A stretch of DNA of 64,000 bases, from IMG/VR virus record IMGVR_UViG_3300025655_000017; one strand, written 5' to 3'. Under the pieces are notes generated by a model, which searched no databases, was not told where the DNA came from, and was given only the letters and a program-made list of their open reading frames with translations. Of the stretch, positions 39,102 to 47,533 are shown one piece after another. The position numbers and the translations under genes were made by a program. This stretch comes from a virus. Each line of letters starts with the position of its first letter. Position 1 is the first letter of the stretch.

Positions 39102-39294
39102 ATTATTTAATTAGTTAACTTCTGATGTACAGCATCAGATTTTAGAACTAATAAAATCAGATATTATAACTGTGTTATAACAGTTGGAAGAAAAAAAACT
39201 TTCAAAACCAATTGATTATGAACAACATTTAGAAACAATTAATAATTTAATAAAAACTTGTAAAAATGAATTCATATCCAAACTTGGAAATTAG
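39094..39294 (+). pseudogene. Short gene remnant with in-frame TAG and TAA
   Basis: MIELFN*LTSDVQHQIL..VL*QLEEKK.. reads as one helical protein. Confidence 0.4.
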
Positions 39295-39544
39295 CTTAGA
39301 AGATCAATTGAATATTTGGGAAAAAGTTAATAAATGTAAAACATAAAAAGAGTTATCTGATATTATCTTAGAATTATCAGATAATACGGGTGCCATCAAG
39401 GGGAAATCATATTCTCATAATGCAGAGGTGATGGCACAAGAATGCCTTAATTTTTCACCAATCAACTATAATTCACTTACAAGAAAACATGGAATTAGAG
39501 CACAGGCAATGCTCATTTATTACTATAACCAAAAGAATAATTAA
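39266..39544 (+). pseudogene. Hypothetical gene with in-frame TAA
   Basis: ..VNKCKT*KELSDII..LTRKHGIRAQAM; stop at 39344-39346. Confidence 0.55.
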
Positions 39545-39596
39545 ATTGCTTGTATTATTAACATATTTAACTTATCTTTGTAAAAAAAATAACTAT

Positions 39597-40037
39597 ATGA
39601 ACATTTTAAAAAATTTGTTTTGTTCTTCAATCCAAAAAGAACTTGAAAATACTAAGCGTAAATTAGAATTGGTAACAAGTAATTATAATACTTTTATAGT
39701 TGCAGTAACGCAAAATCGAGATTTATCATCACAGAGAAATGTTGAAACATTAATTGATGCCGCAACTGAACAAGTAGATAGAACATCATTGAGTATCTAT
39801 GACTTTAAAAGTTGTATTCACTTACAAGTAGAAACCCTATTGTATCAGAATAGCTTAAAGAACCCTGTACAAAAAGAACTTCAACGACAAATTCAATTGT
39901 TGACTATGATGATGCAAATGGCAAAAAAAATTAATATGTCATTTTTCGATGATGACAATGCTTATGACATATATACTACTTTCGATGGAGATGTTGATAA
40001 ATGGTTATTCAACTTAAATATGGTAGTAGGGGAATAA
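39597..40037 (+). CDS. Hypothetical coiled-coil protein
   Basis: ATG at 39597 follows the promoter box at 39573. Confidence 0.65.
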   Translation: MNILKNLFCSSIQKELENTKRKLELVTSNYNTFIVAVTQNRDLSSQRNVETLIDAATEQVDRTSLSIYDFKSCIHLQVETLLYQNSLKNPVQKELQRQIQLLTMMMQMAKKINMSFFDDDNAYDIYTTFDGDVDKWLFNLNMVVGE

Positions 40038-40042
40038 TAAAA

Positions 40043-40119
40043 GGGGGAAAGCACCAAAGACACCCGCACGTCGGTTGGTGAAGGGCAAACAGCGGGCTAG
40101 TGCCCTGAAAGCTTCCCCC
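40043..40119 (+). ncRNA. Candidate three-way-junction RNA with kissing loops
   Basis: GC-rich island; three stems plus loop complementarity CCCGC/GCGGG; strand assumed from gene context. Confidence 0.6.
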
Positions 40120-40147
40120 ATTTTTTAATTTAATTAAAACATTTTTT

Positions 40148-40384
40148 ATGGAAACTGCTCTTATAGAAGAATTTCTTCAGAAAAAAAATGAATTTGAACA
40201 ACCCGAAGCAAATCTCTATAATCATTATAAACAAATAGTTTTAGAGAAATTAAAAACTGTAAAATGCGTAGAAGATATTATAGATATAAAAGAATTATTA
40301 AGGGTGGTTCCTTACTGTGCATCGAAAGTTCTTTTATTTAGAATGCTTATTTTAGCAGAAGAAAAATATAAAAATAACTTATGA
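40148..40384 (+). CDS. Hypothetical protein
   Basis: 78-aa ORF. Confidence 0.6.
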   Translation: METALIEEFLQKKNEFEQPEANLYNHYKQIVLEKLKTVKCVEDIIDIKELLRVVPYCASKVLLFRMLILAEEKYKNNL

Positions 40385-40587
40385 AAAATAATAAAACATT
40401 GCAAAAAGTCAGTGCTACTAAAGATGATAGTGGCCATTGGTATGTTATTCCTGATGGAATGCTTAGTGAATTTAGATCAGATGAAGATAATGCCTCTATG
40501 GTAGATAGTGGCCAATTTGATGATAAATGGGGAGGTTATAGAACTGGGGGAGATATAAATAAAGTACAACTATGGGCAGAAATTTAA
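40381..40587 (+). CDS. Hypothetical protein
   Basis: 68-aa ORF with DDSGHWYVIP. Confidence 0.65.
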   Translation: MKNNKTLQKVSATKDDSGHWYVIPDGMLSEFRSDEDNASMVDSGQFDDKWGGYRTGGDINKVQLWAEI

Positions 40588-40955
40588 ATATCACAAGTGA
40601 GGTATTAGATGGACTAGGATTTTCAGAATATTGGGATGAACATGAAATATGGGGAACAAGAACTTTTGTTTTTTCTAATGGGCAGCATTTTAGAATTATA
40701 GAACAAGAAGCAATAGACGATGACTCAGATGGTTATTCATTAGATGGTCAATATGTGGCTAATCATTTTTATTTTGGTGGATGGATGGCATGGCCTAAAA
40801 TAGATAAAGGGAAATATGATTTATTTTTCCTACATGAAATGTATGATTGTTTAAAAGAATGTTACCCTGATTGTTTAGAAGAATTTGTTTCTATTTGCAA
40901 AAATGTAAAAATGGGTAAATATATAGATGATTATCTAGAAAGAAAAGTAGTTTAA
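40572..40955 (+). CDS. Hypothetical protein
   Basis: 127-aa ORF. Confidence 0.65.
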   Translation: MGRNLNITSEVLDGLGFSEYWDEHEIWGTRTFVFSNGQHFRIIEQEAIDDDSDGYSLDGQYVANHFYFGGWMAWPKIDKGKYDLFFLHEMYDCLKECYPDCLEEFVSICKNVKMGKYIDDYLERKVV

Positions 40956-41148
40956 AAATATAGTAAACACTACATGTCTAATTTTTCAAAACATTGTATG
41001 TTACAATTATTAACTAAGCGTAATGGAGATGGACTAGCTGAAATTAGTAGCCTTGATTTAGCAAGGATTAAAAACATTTTAGATGAATCTTCTCTTGATT
41101 ATTGGCCAATAAATAATTTGCCATTTCATATTAAACTCTAATTAAATT

Positions 41149-41631
41149 ATGAAATACATAAAAGGTGATATTGTAAAGCTTTTTAACGAAGGTAATTATA
41201 GGATTCTTATACATGGAGCTAATTGTCAACAAAAGATGGGTAATGGCGTGGCTAAGGCATTAAAAAACAAATGGCCACAAATCTATGATGCTGACCTAAA
41301 TTATAATCCCGATAAGAAACCTTTTGAAAGATTGGGGGATTATTCATATGCAGTAGTAGATATAAACAATACCAGAAAAGTTATCATTAATGCATATACT
41401 CAGTTATACTATGGCAACGATGGCAAGCGATATGTTTCGTATGATGCAATAGATCAAGTTTTTGAGAAATTGAAGAATTATTTCATAAAACACAACATAA
41501 CTGATAAAAAAATAATTATACCTAAGATAGGATCAAAATTAGGTGGAGGTAATTGGGATGTTATTGCAGCAATTATAGATAATCACATGAAAGATTATGA
41601 TTTAACAGTTGTAGAGTTTGATGAAAACTAG
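41149..41631 (+). CDS. Macro domain ADP-ribose hydrolase
   Basis: KGDI, HGANC..MGNGVA, NAYTQ, PKIGSKLGGGNW. Confidence 0.9.
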   Translation: MKYIKGDIVKLFNEGNYRILIHGANCQQKMGNGVAKALKNKWPQIYDADLNYNPDKKPFERLGDYSYAVVDINNTRKVIINAYTQLYYGNDGKRYVSYDAIDQVFEKLKNYFIKHNITDKKIIIPKIGSKLGGGNWDVIAAIIDNHMKDYDLTVVEFDEN

Positions 41632-41636
41632 CGAAC

Positions 41637-41894
41637 ATGAAAAAACAATTAATATATTTATATCGAAAATATTTTATGGGTAAAACAATTATCTTTTTAA
41701 AAAACAATTGTAAAAATCCTATGGATGTTTTCATAGCTTTAAAAAAAATGATTCAAGATGTAAAGTTTTTTGGGTTCTTTGATTATTTTTTTATAGGAAC
41801 AATAAGTTTTTTTATGGGGAGAATATTATATTATAATCAATATATGGTTCTTTTTTTTTTATTTATATTTTTATCAACTGATTTTTATCACTAA
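41637..41894 (+). CDS. Hypothetical membrane protein
   Basis: F-rich hydrophobic C-terminal half. Confidence 0.45.
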   Translation: MKKQLIYLYRKYFMGKTIIFLKNNCKNPMDVFIALKKMIQDVKFFGFFDYFFIGTISFFMGRILYYNQYMVLFFLFIFLSTDFYH

Positions 41895-41908
41895 TTAAAA
41901 AATAAACG

Positions 41909-42124
41909 ATGAATGATCTTGCAGAAAAGTTAAAATATGAGGTTGTTAATAAATTAATGAAGAATGAACAATTAGTAGGTGAACTTTGTTTAGTTCAGGG
42001 TAAAAAATCATTCACCAGAAGAGAAATAGCAAATGAAATAAAAGAAAACTCTGAGTGGGGAATCACCTTTCTTGGTAACATATTAATGTTAGCTATTGAA
42101 ATAATGGCATCTGAAAAAGAATAA
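41909..42124 (+). CDS. Hypothetical protein
   Basis: 71-aa ORF. Confidence 0.55.
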   Translation: MNDLAEKLKYEVVNKLMKNEQLVGELCLVQGKKSFTRREIANEIKENSEWGITFLGNILMLAIEIMASEKE

Positions 42125-42149
42125 CAGAGAGAAACAACAAATTATAATC

Positions 42150-42563
42150 ATGAACGACATTTTAATAAATAACAAAGGTATTGACGTTATAATCCTTGAA
42201 GATGGTACAACATTAAAAATGCCATTAAAAGAAGCCCTTGAAATTATTATATCCTCATCTAACGATGAAGATACACAAGAATTACATATTAGTGCAGATA
42301 AGGGGCAAACGATAATTACTGGATGTATTATTAATAAAACCACTATCAAAAATAGTGAGGGATATAGTGATGAATTTTTACCTAATATTGGTGATAAAGT
42401 ATTAGCGGAAAATAAAATAGGAGAGATTATTGCTTTCAAAAATAAAAGTGAAGTTATTGTGAAATTTGCAAAACATTCCTTTGCTACTGTTCATATAGGT
42501 GAAGTAGTTTTCTTATCAAGGAAAATAAAATTTTTAGATAAGATAGTGAAATACTTTGATTAG
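42150..42563 (+). CDS. Hypothetical protein with C-terminal SH3/KOW-like beta module
   Basis: IGDKV....IGEI......VIVKF. Confidence 0.6.
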   Translation: MNDILINNKGIDVIILEDGTTLKMPLKEALEIIISSSNDEDTQELHISADKGQTIITGCIINKTTIKNSEGYSDEFLPNIGDKVLAENKIGEIIAFKNKSEVIVKFAKHSFATVHIGEVVFLSRKIKFLDKIVKYFD

Positions 42564-42607
42564 AAGAAAAAAAAGATTAACTTTACAGAAACAAAATAGG
42601 AATTATT

Positions 42608-42868
42608 ATGAATCAAATTAATCAAGGAGGGAGACGCATTTATCAATATGATGATCATGTTGTAATTGACGGGAAAACATATACTTTTCCAGATGAAGTT
42701 AAAAACAAACATATAAAAGATTTAGTCATAGATGATGAAGAAATCATTATTAATGGGTCTTTGCTTAATCTTTAGGATGGTAGCTTTACAAAAAAGATTA
42801 TTTTTTCTCCTGCAACATTAGTAAATAAGTTATTTTATTCATTTATTAATGTTATAAGAAAAAAATAA
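42608..42868 (+). pseudogene. Hypothetical gene with in-frame TAG
   Basis: ..IINGSLLNL*DGSFTKK..; stop at 42773-42775. Confidence 0.45.
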
Positions 42869-42930
42869 GATGCAAAATAATAGAAGAATTGTTTTTTTTG
42901 TTGAAATATTTTTTAAAAAAATAACTCACT

Positions 42931-43278
42931 ATGTACTCATCAATTGATTTTGATCAAAAATACAATAATTGTCAACTATCAATAGATGGCAAAGAAAAAA
43001 AATTATTCCAAAGTGGGGACTATGTAAAAGATTGGTTTAATCTTATGCATTACGCCATAATTAATTCTCAAGATGATAATATTGTTTTTTCATCTTCAAT
43101 AGATGAATTTATCACTGTCTTTAATGTAAAATTTCTATATTTAATTTTAGAAGATATGAGTTTTTCTAAGGCCGAAAATGATCTTCTGGTAGAAGAAAAA
43201 GGTATTATGTTTTTTGTCACTGAAGAACAATATAATTCTAATATTAGTTGGGGGGAATTTAAAAAAGCATATCTATAA
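42931..43278 (+). CDS. Hypothetical protein
   Basis: 115-aa ORF. Confidence 0.6.
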   Translation: MYSSIDFDQKYNNCQLSIDGKEKKLFQSGDYVKDWFNLMHYAIINSQDDNIVFSSSIDEFITVFNVKFLYLILEDMSFSKAENDLLVEEKGIMFFVTEEQYNSNISWGEFKKAYL

Positions 43279-43473
43279 GGGTTATAGGGAAAAGAATTTT
43301 TATTACCAATCGGATTAATAAAGATAATGTGTCACATTTTAAAATGTGATAAATTATCTGAGCAAGAATTAACAGTTGTATTTGAGGAGTTAAAATATAA
43401 GTAAAAAATATTTTCTCAAATAGTTGCATGATATATTTTTATGCATTATCTTTGTAGCGTTAAATATATACAT

Positions 43474-43545
43474 TCCCCCGATACTCGTATGGTAGGGTAC
43501 GCCGCTTTTAACGGTGGTATAGTGAGTTCGAATCTCACCGGGGGA
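43474..43545 (+). tRNA. tRNA with a 6-nt anticodon loop (CTTTAA); Lys-derived or ochre-suppressor-like
   Basis: TCCCCCG/CGGGGGA acceptor, perfect T arm, CGCCG-CTTTAA-CGGTG; own promoter at 43447. Confidence 0.7.
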
Positions 43546-43808
43546 ACAATAAAATATTTTTATGAATAAAAATTTTGTTAATACTTATGCAGTAACTGGA
43601 ACATTTCATGGATCAATTGTTATAGCAAATAGTGAAGGAGAAGCAAGAAGAATATTTCATGATTATTATAATGGTGAAAGTATAACAAGCATTTATATAA
43701 AAAATACTTTATGATAATTAAAGAACAATGTTTTTTAGAAAGAATAGTAAAAACTATATGCAATATAATGGACTATTTAAAATATTTAAATAAAAAATTA
43801 GAAAAAGC

Positions 43809-43839
43809 TTGCAAATACAAATAAAAAGACATATATTTG
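43809..43839 (+). promoter_or_regulatory. Host-type promoter for tRNA array 2
   Basis: TTGCA..TATATTTG, followed by CTATTTATA at 43871. Confidence 0.75.
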
Positions 43840-43883
43840 TATTGTAAAACAAAAAAAGAATTTTTTTAAACTATTTATAGGAG

Positions 43884-43967
43884 ATGAAAAATGTAACTGT
43901 ATATTATTATAACTTTAGTTGGTGCTTTTTTTCGGAGGAATCTGAAAAGACACTAGGGGTTATGTAA
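43884..43967 (+). CDS. Putative attenuator leader peptide 2 (MKNVTVYYYNFSWCFFSEESEKTLGVM)
   Basis: 27-codon ORF; ACTAGGGG near its 3' end can pair with CTCCTAGT of the terminator. Confidence 0.75.
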   Translation: MKNVTVYYYNFSWCFFSEESEKTLGVM

Positions 43968-43992
43968 TATAATGTTACAAACAAAGATTTAT

Positions 43993-44037
43993 AAAAATCT
44001 CCTAGTTCAATGTTTTTGAGTTAGGAGATTTTTTTTT
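43993..44037 (+). terminator. Attenuator terminator upstream of tRNA array 2
   Basis: AATCTCCTAGTTCAA-TGTTT-TTGAGTTAGGAGATT stem with T9; tRNA-Glu starts at the next base. Confidence 0.9.
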
Positions 44038-44111
44038 GTTGCCGTGGACGAAGTGGTTAAGTCGTGATATTTTCAATATCAAGGTTACGGGTTCGAACCC
44101 CGTCGGCAATA
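44038..44111 (+). tRNA. tRNA-Glu(TTC)
   Basis: Cloverleaf; TGATA-TTTTCAA-TATCA. Confidence 0.85.
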
Positions 44112-44138
44112 CGATATCTTCAAAAGAGAAGGTAAAAT

Positions 44139-44213
44139 GGTGAGATAGCTTATATGGTAGAAGCGCAGGTCTGAAAAACCTGAGATGGTCGGGATCGTTA
44201 CCCCCTCTCACCA
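44139..44213 (+). tRNA. tRNA-Phe(GAA)
   Basis: GGTGAGA/TCTCACC; CAGGT-CTGAAAA-ACCTG. Confidence 0.85.
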
Positions 44214-44230
44214 CATATTATTATTAAAAT

Positions 44231-44312
44231 GGGCGTATCGTATAGCGGCAATTACGGGAATCTGTAACATTCCTCTCATTTGAGTTCCAAGGTTCAAATC
44301 CCTGACCTACCG
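44231..44312 (+). tRNA. tRNA-Tyr(GTA) with a non-matching (chimeric) 3' acceptor strand
   Basis: GGAAT-CTGTAAC-ATTCC plus variable arm; 5' GGGCGTA cannot pair with 3' ACCTACC. Confidence 0.65.
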
Positions 44313-44319
44313 CAATTTA

Positions 44320-44407
44320 GGGAGGTAATGTAAGCTTGGTTGCTTACGCCAGACTGCTAATCTGTGCGCTCCTGAAAGGGAGGGGGGTTCGATACCTCTG
44401 CCTTCCG
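44320..44407 (+). tRNA. tRNA-Ser(GCT)
   Basis: GGGAGGT/GCCTTCC, loop CTGCTAA, long variable arm, G73. Confidence 0.85.
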
Positions 44408-44625
44408 CAAAAAAACACAATATATCTCCTTTTCACTTTTTATTGAAAGTTTCTTAACATATGTTAAAAATCTTTTTAATTGAAAGTTATAATATTGATT
44501 ATCAATTAATTGTGTTGTGAAAAAATTGTTTGTTCGGCTATTAAGTAATTATTTAGAAACCTTTTTACAATATAAGTCTTAACAATTATGTGACAGCATC
44601 AAGTTATAATTGATAACAAAATTGC

Positions 44626-44752
44626 GATAGCAGCGTTAAGGATGGAAATGGCTTGTCCCAAACCTTTAGGTCGCTTACGCTCCTGAAAGGGCGCAAGCGC
44701 AGGGATGAACGATAGTGAACCATGTACAGCCTGACCCGCAGGAGAACGCCCA
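44626..44752. other. GC-rich structured intergenic element (REP/MITE-like or ncRNA)
   Basis: GC island with hairpin CGCTTACGC..GCGCAAGCG; shares a 14-mer with the tRNA-Ser variable arm. Confidence 0.4.
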
Positions 44753-44838
44753 CAAAATAAATTTTATTATTATAATATTAAACTTGCACAAACCAATATA
44801 TTCCCTTATATTTGCATCGTTAACCTATATAAAAAAAT

Positions 44839-45315
44839 ATGATGACAAGTTTTGAAACTATTGATAAAGTAATAAGAACATATATAAAATCTGTTATAAA
44901 AATAGATGAACAGATAAATAAGTTTGTTCCAAATAGTCATATAGCAGAAACATATAAATTGGTTCTAATCTATGCTGAACAAGAATCTAAAAATCAAGAT
45001 TTGTTTAGTAATGTAAAACATCACCCCTATGACTCAATAGGAACAAACAATCCAGATAATTATGATAGATTAGAAGATGGCAGATTTCTTAATAAAGAAA
45101 CATATAGCGTTGGAATAAATCATTTATTGATTCCTGACTATTTTGATTTAAAGAGATTAAAAAATGATACTGTTAATGAACTACATTCAACTTATAAAAA
45201 ACTTAGAGAAAAGAAAGATATAGTCAGAAATAATATTTTATTAGGTAGAATAGAGCTAAGTGATTACACACATCCACAATTTTCAAAATCATATAAAATA
45301 AAAATTAAAAAATAA
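44839..45315 (+). CDS. Hypothetical protein
   Basis: 158-aa ORF behind the promoter at 44807. Confidence 0.65.
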   Translation: MMTSFETIDKVIRTYIKSVIKIDEQINKFVPNSHIAETYKLVLIYAEQESKNQDLFSNVKHHPYDSIGTNNPDNYDRLEDGRFLNKETYSVGINHLLIPDYFDLKRLKNDTVNELHSTYKKLREKKDIVRNNILLGRIELSDYTHPQFSKSYKIKIKK

Positions 45316-45318
45316 CTT

Positions 45319-46353
45319 ATGACTAACAATAAAATAAATTATTTTACACCTTTGGTTGATATTGAGCAAAATGCTTTAGATTAAATAAACAATCTTGCAT
45401 TAGATGAAAATATCAATCAAATAGCTGTTTTCTCTGATATACATTATTGTGACGAGAAAGCTATTCCAGTTGGATTAGCATTTTCTACTAACGCTCACAT
45501 TTATCCTTTAATTACGGGTAAAGATGTTGGGTGTGGGGTAGCTTATATGAAAATTCCAAAGCAATATGTTTTAAAAACTTTTGATAAAGACAAACATTAT
45601 AATGCATTTCATAACGCTCATTTAAAAATGACTGATGAAGGCTTAGGTGGAGGTAATCATTTTTTATCTTTAGAAGAAGAGAAAGATAATCTTTATATTA
45701 TCGTTCATACCGGAACCAGAAACAGAGGGATTTACATGTATCAAAAACATTATGCTATGTTGAATGGTAGTAATTCTATCTCTGTTAATGAAATAGATGA
45801 AAAACATCCAGAGTAGTATGATGAATATAATGATGTTCTATTCTATGGTGTTAATCGAAGAAAGCAATTTCTTTACAGTACTTTAGATTTTTTGATTAGG
45901 AATCATTATGTAGAAGACGACGATTATTATACAAATGACAGTATTCACAATCACATCAAAAAGGAAGGGGATTATTGGATTCATCGAAAAGGAAGCACAG
46001 AACTTAATAATGACATTATTGTTGTGCCGTTATCAATGACCAGAGGAAGTCTTTTGGTTAAATCGACCTATGATGCTGGAAACTTAAATTCGTGCTCTCA
46101 CGGGGCTGGCAGAGCTTTGAGTAGAACTAAAACTCTTAAATATTGGTATGCGTCTTTAAAGAAAAAAGAACGTCGCCAATATGAATTAGATTTTCCTGAG
46201 TTATTGGGAAGGGATGGTAAATTCAGCAAAGGTTATATTCAAGAGTTTGATTTTGCTTATAAGAATACAACAGAATTAATGAAAGAACAATATTTTTTAA
46301 ATCCTGTAACTCAAACAACTCCTATTTGTACCATTAAATTTTCTGAATTATAA
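45319..46353 (+). pseudogene. rtcB: RtcB RNA ligase interrupted by in-frame TAA and TAG
   Basis: Single frame with DIH, PVG, DVGCG, GGGNHF, HTGTR, HNH, HRKG, SCSHGAGR, AYK; stops at 45382-45384 and 45814-45816. Confidence 0.9.
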
Positions 46354-46403
46354 ATAAATCTTATTGCTTTATAACAAATTTATTATTATCTTTGTAAAAA
46401 AAA

Positions 46404-46931
46404 ATGCAAGAAATACAACCAACAGTAAAAGATAAAATCGCAAAGTTTCGTGAGTACCTTGATTATTTTGAGCGACATTATGATAACGTTCAAAAAGCAT
46501 GGGCGTTAATTAATGAAAAATGTGACAACAAAGGGTTTAAATTTATGTATGATGATTTTATGTGGAATATCATAGATATGGAAGTGAAGTCACATGATGA
46601 CAGTAAGTTATCTGTTCATGAATTTACGCAGTATCGGAATTATTTTTTTCCTGCATTTGGTGAAGAAAAAGACGGCTCTAGTTTTTTGGCCGCATGGGAA
46701 CATCACAAAGAGCATAATGAACATCATTGGGAAAATTGGACGAAAAAATATGAATCTAATCCTTACTGTGATGTTTTCATTGTAATGAATGTAGTGGACT
46801 GGGTTGCTATGGGTTTTGAATTTGGTGATACAGCAAAGGATTATTATGAAAAAAACAAATTAAACATAAAAATTCCAGAACAGGCAATCAAATTAATGTA
46901 CGAAATTTTTGATTGTATTTATACTGCATAA
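46404..46931 (+). CDS. HD-like (DUF5662-type) phosphohydrolase
   Basis: HDDSK..HH..N.HH.E..DW. Confidence 0.7.
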   Translation: MQEIQPTVKDKIAKFREYLDYFERHYDNVQKAWALINEKCDNKGFKFMYDDFMWNIIDMEVKSHDDSKLSVHEFTQYRNYFFPAFGEEKDGSSFLAAWEHHKEHNEHHWENWTKKYESNPYCDVFIVMNVVDWVAMGFEFGDTAKDYYEKNKLNIKIPEQAIKLMYEIFDCIYTA

Positions 46932-46960
46932 AGTTATATTTATATGTATAACAATGTATT

Positions 46961-47443
46961 ATGAAAATTTACCTAGAATCAAAAACAATGGATGTCTATG
47001 ACAGCAGAGTTGAAACTTTGCTTCAAATAAAAAGATTAAATGAGCTTTTAAATAAAGCTGCTGTTGAGTTACTTGATAGGGCAATTGTCCATGACAAATC
47101 AAAGCTAGAACAGCCTGAAAAAGATTTATATGATAAGCTTACTCCTCTCCTTAAAAAAGCCTCTTCCAATAGCGATGAATATAAAGACCTATCAAAGCAA
47201 TATAAAATCGCCATTGACCATCATTATAAAAATAATCGACATCATCCAGAACATTATAAGAATGGGGTAAATGACATGACATTATTTGATATCATTGAAA
47301 TGGCTATGGATTGGTTAGTTGATGTTGGTGATTCTCCAAATGATATATTTAAACTTCTTAAAGAAAATAAGGAAAAATACAATCTTTCAGATCAATTGGG
47401 ATCAATTTTAAAAAATACATATAAAAAAATGAATAATGAATAA
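46961..47443 (+). CDS. HD-like (DUF5662-type) phosphohydrolase, paralogue
   Basis: HDKSK..HHYKNNRHHPEH..EM..DW. Confidence 0.75.
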   Translation: MKIYLESKTMDVYDSRVETLLQIKRLNELLNKAAVELLDRAIVHDKSKLEQPEKDLYDKLTPLLKKASSNSDEYKDLSKQYKIAIDHHYKNNRHHPEHYKNGVNDMTLFDIIEMAMDWLVDVGDSPNDIFKLLKENKEKYNLSDQLGSILKNTYKKMNNE

Positions 47444-47533
47444 TAGTTATTTATTCATTATTAGCTGAATAATAGTAAAATTAGTTTGTTATATTGGAAT
47501 AATATCATTATCTTTGTAAAAAAAAAAGAAAAT

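Noticed and set aside
40082-40090. c-di-GMP-I riboswitch (AGGGCAAAC match)
   Set aside because: The GNRA loop/receptor and second stem of that family are not present.
44002-44214. 70-aa minus-strand ORF
   Set aside because: It is the antisense of the terminator and the tRNA-Glu/Phe genes.
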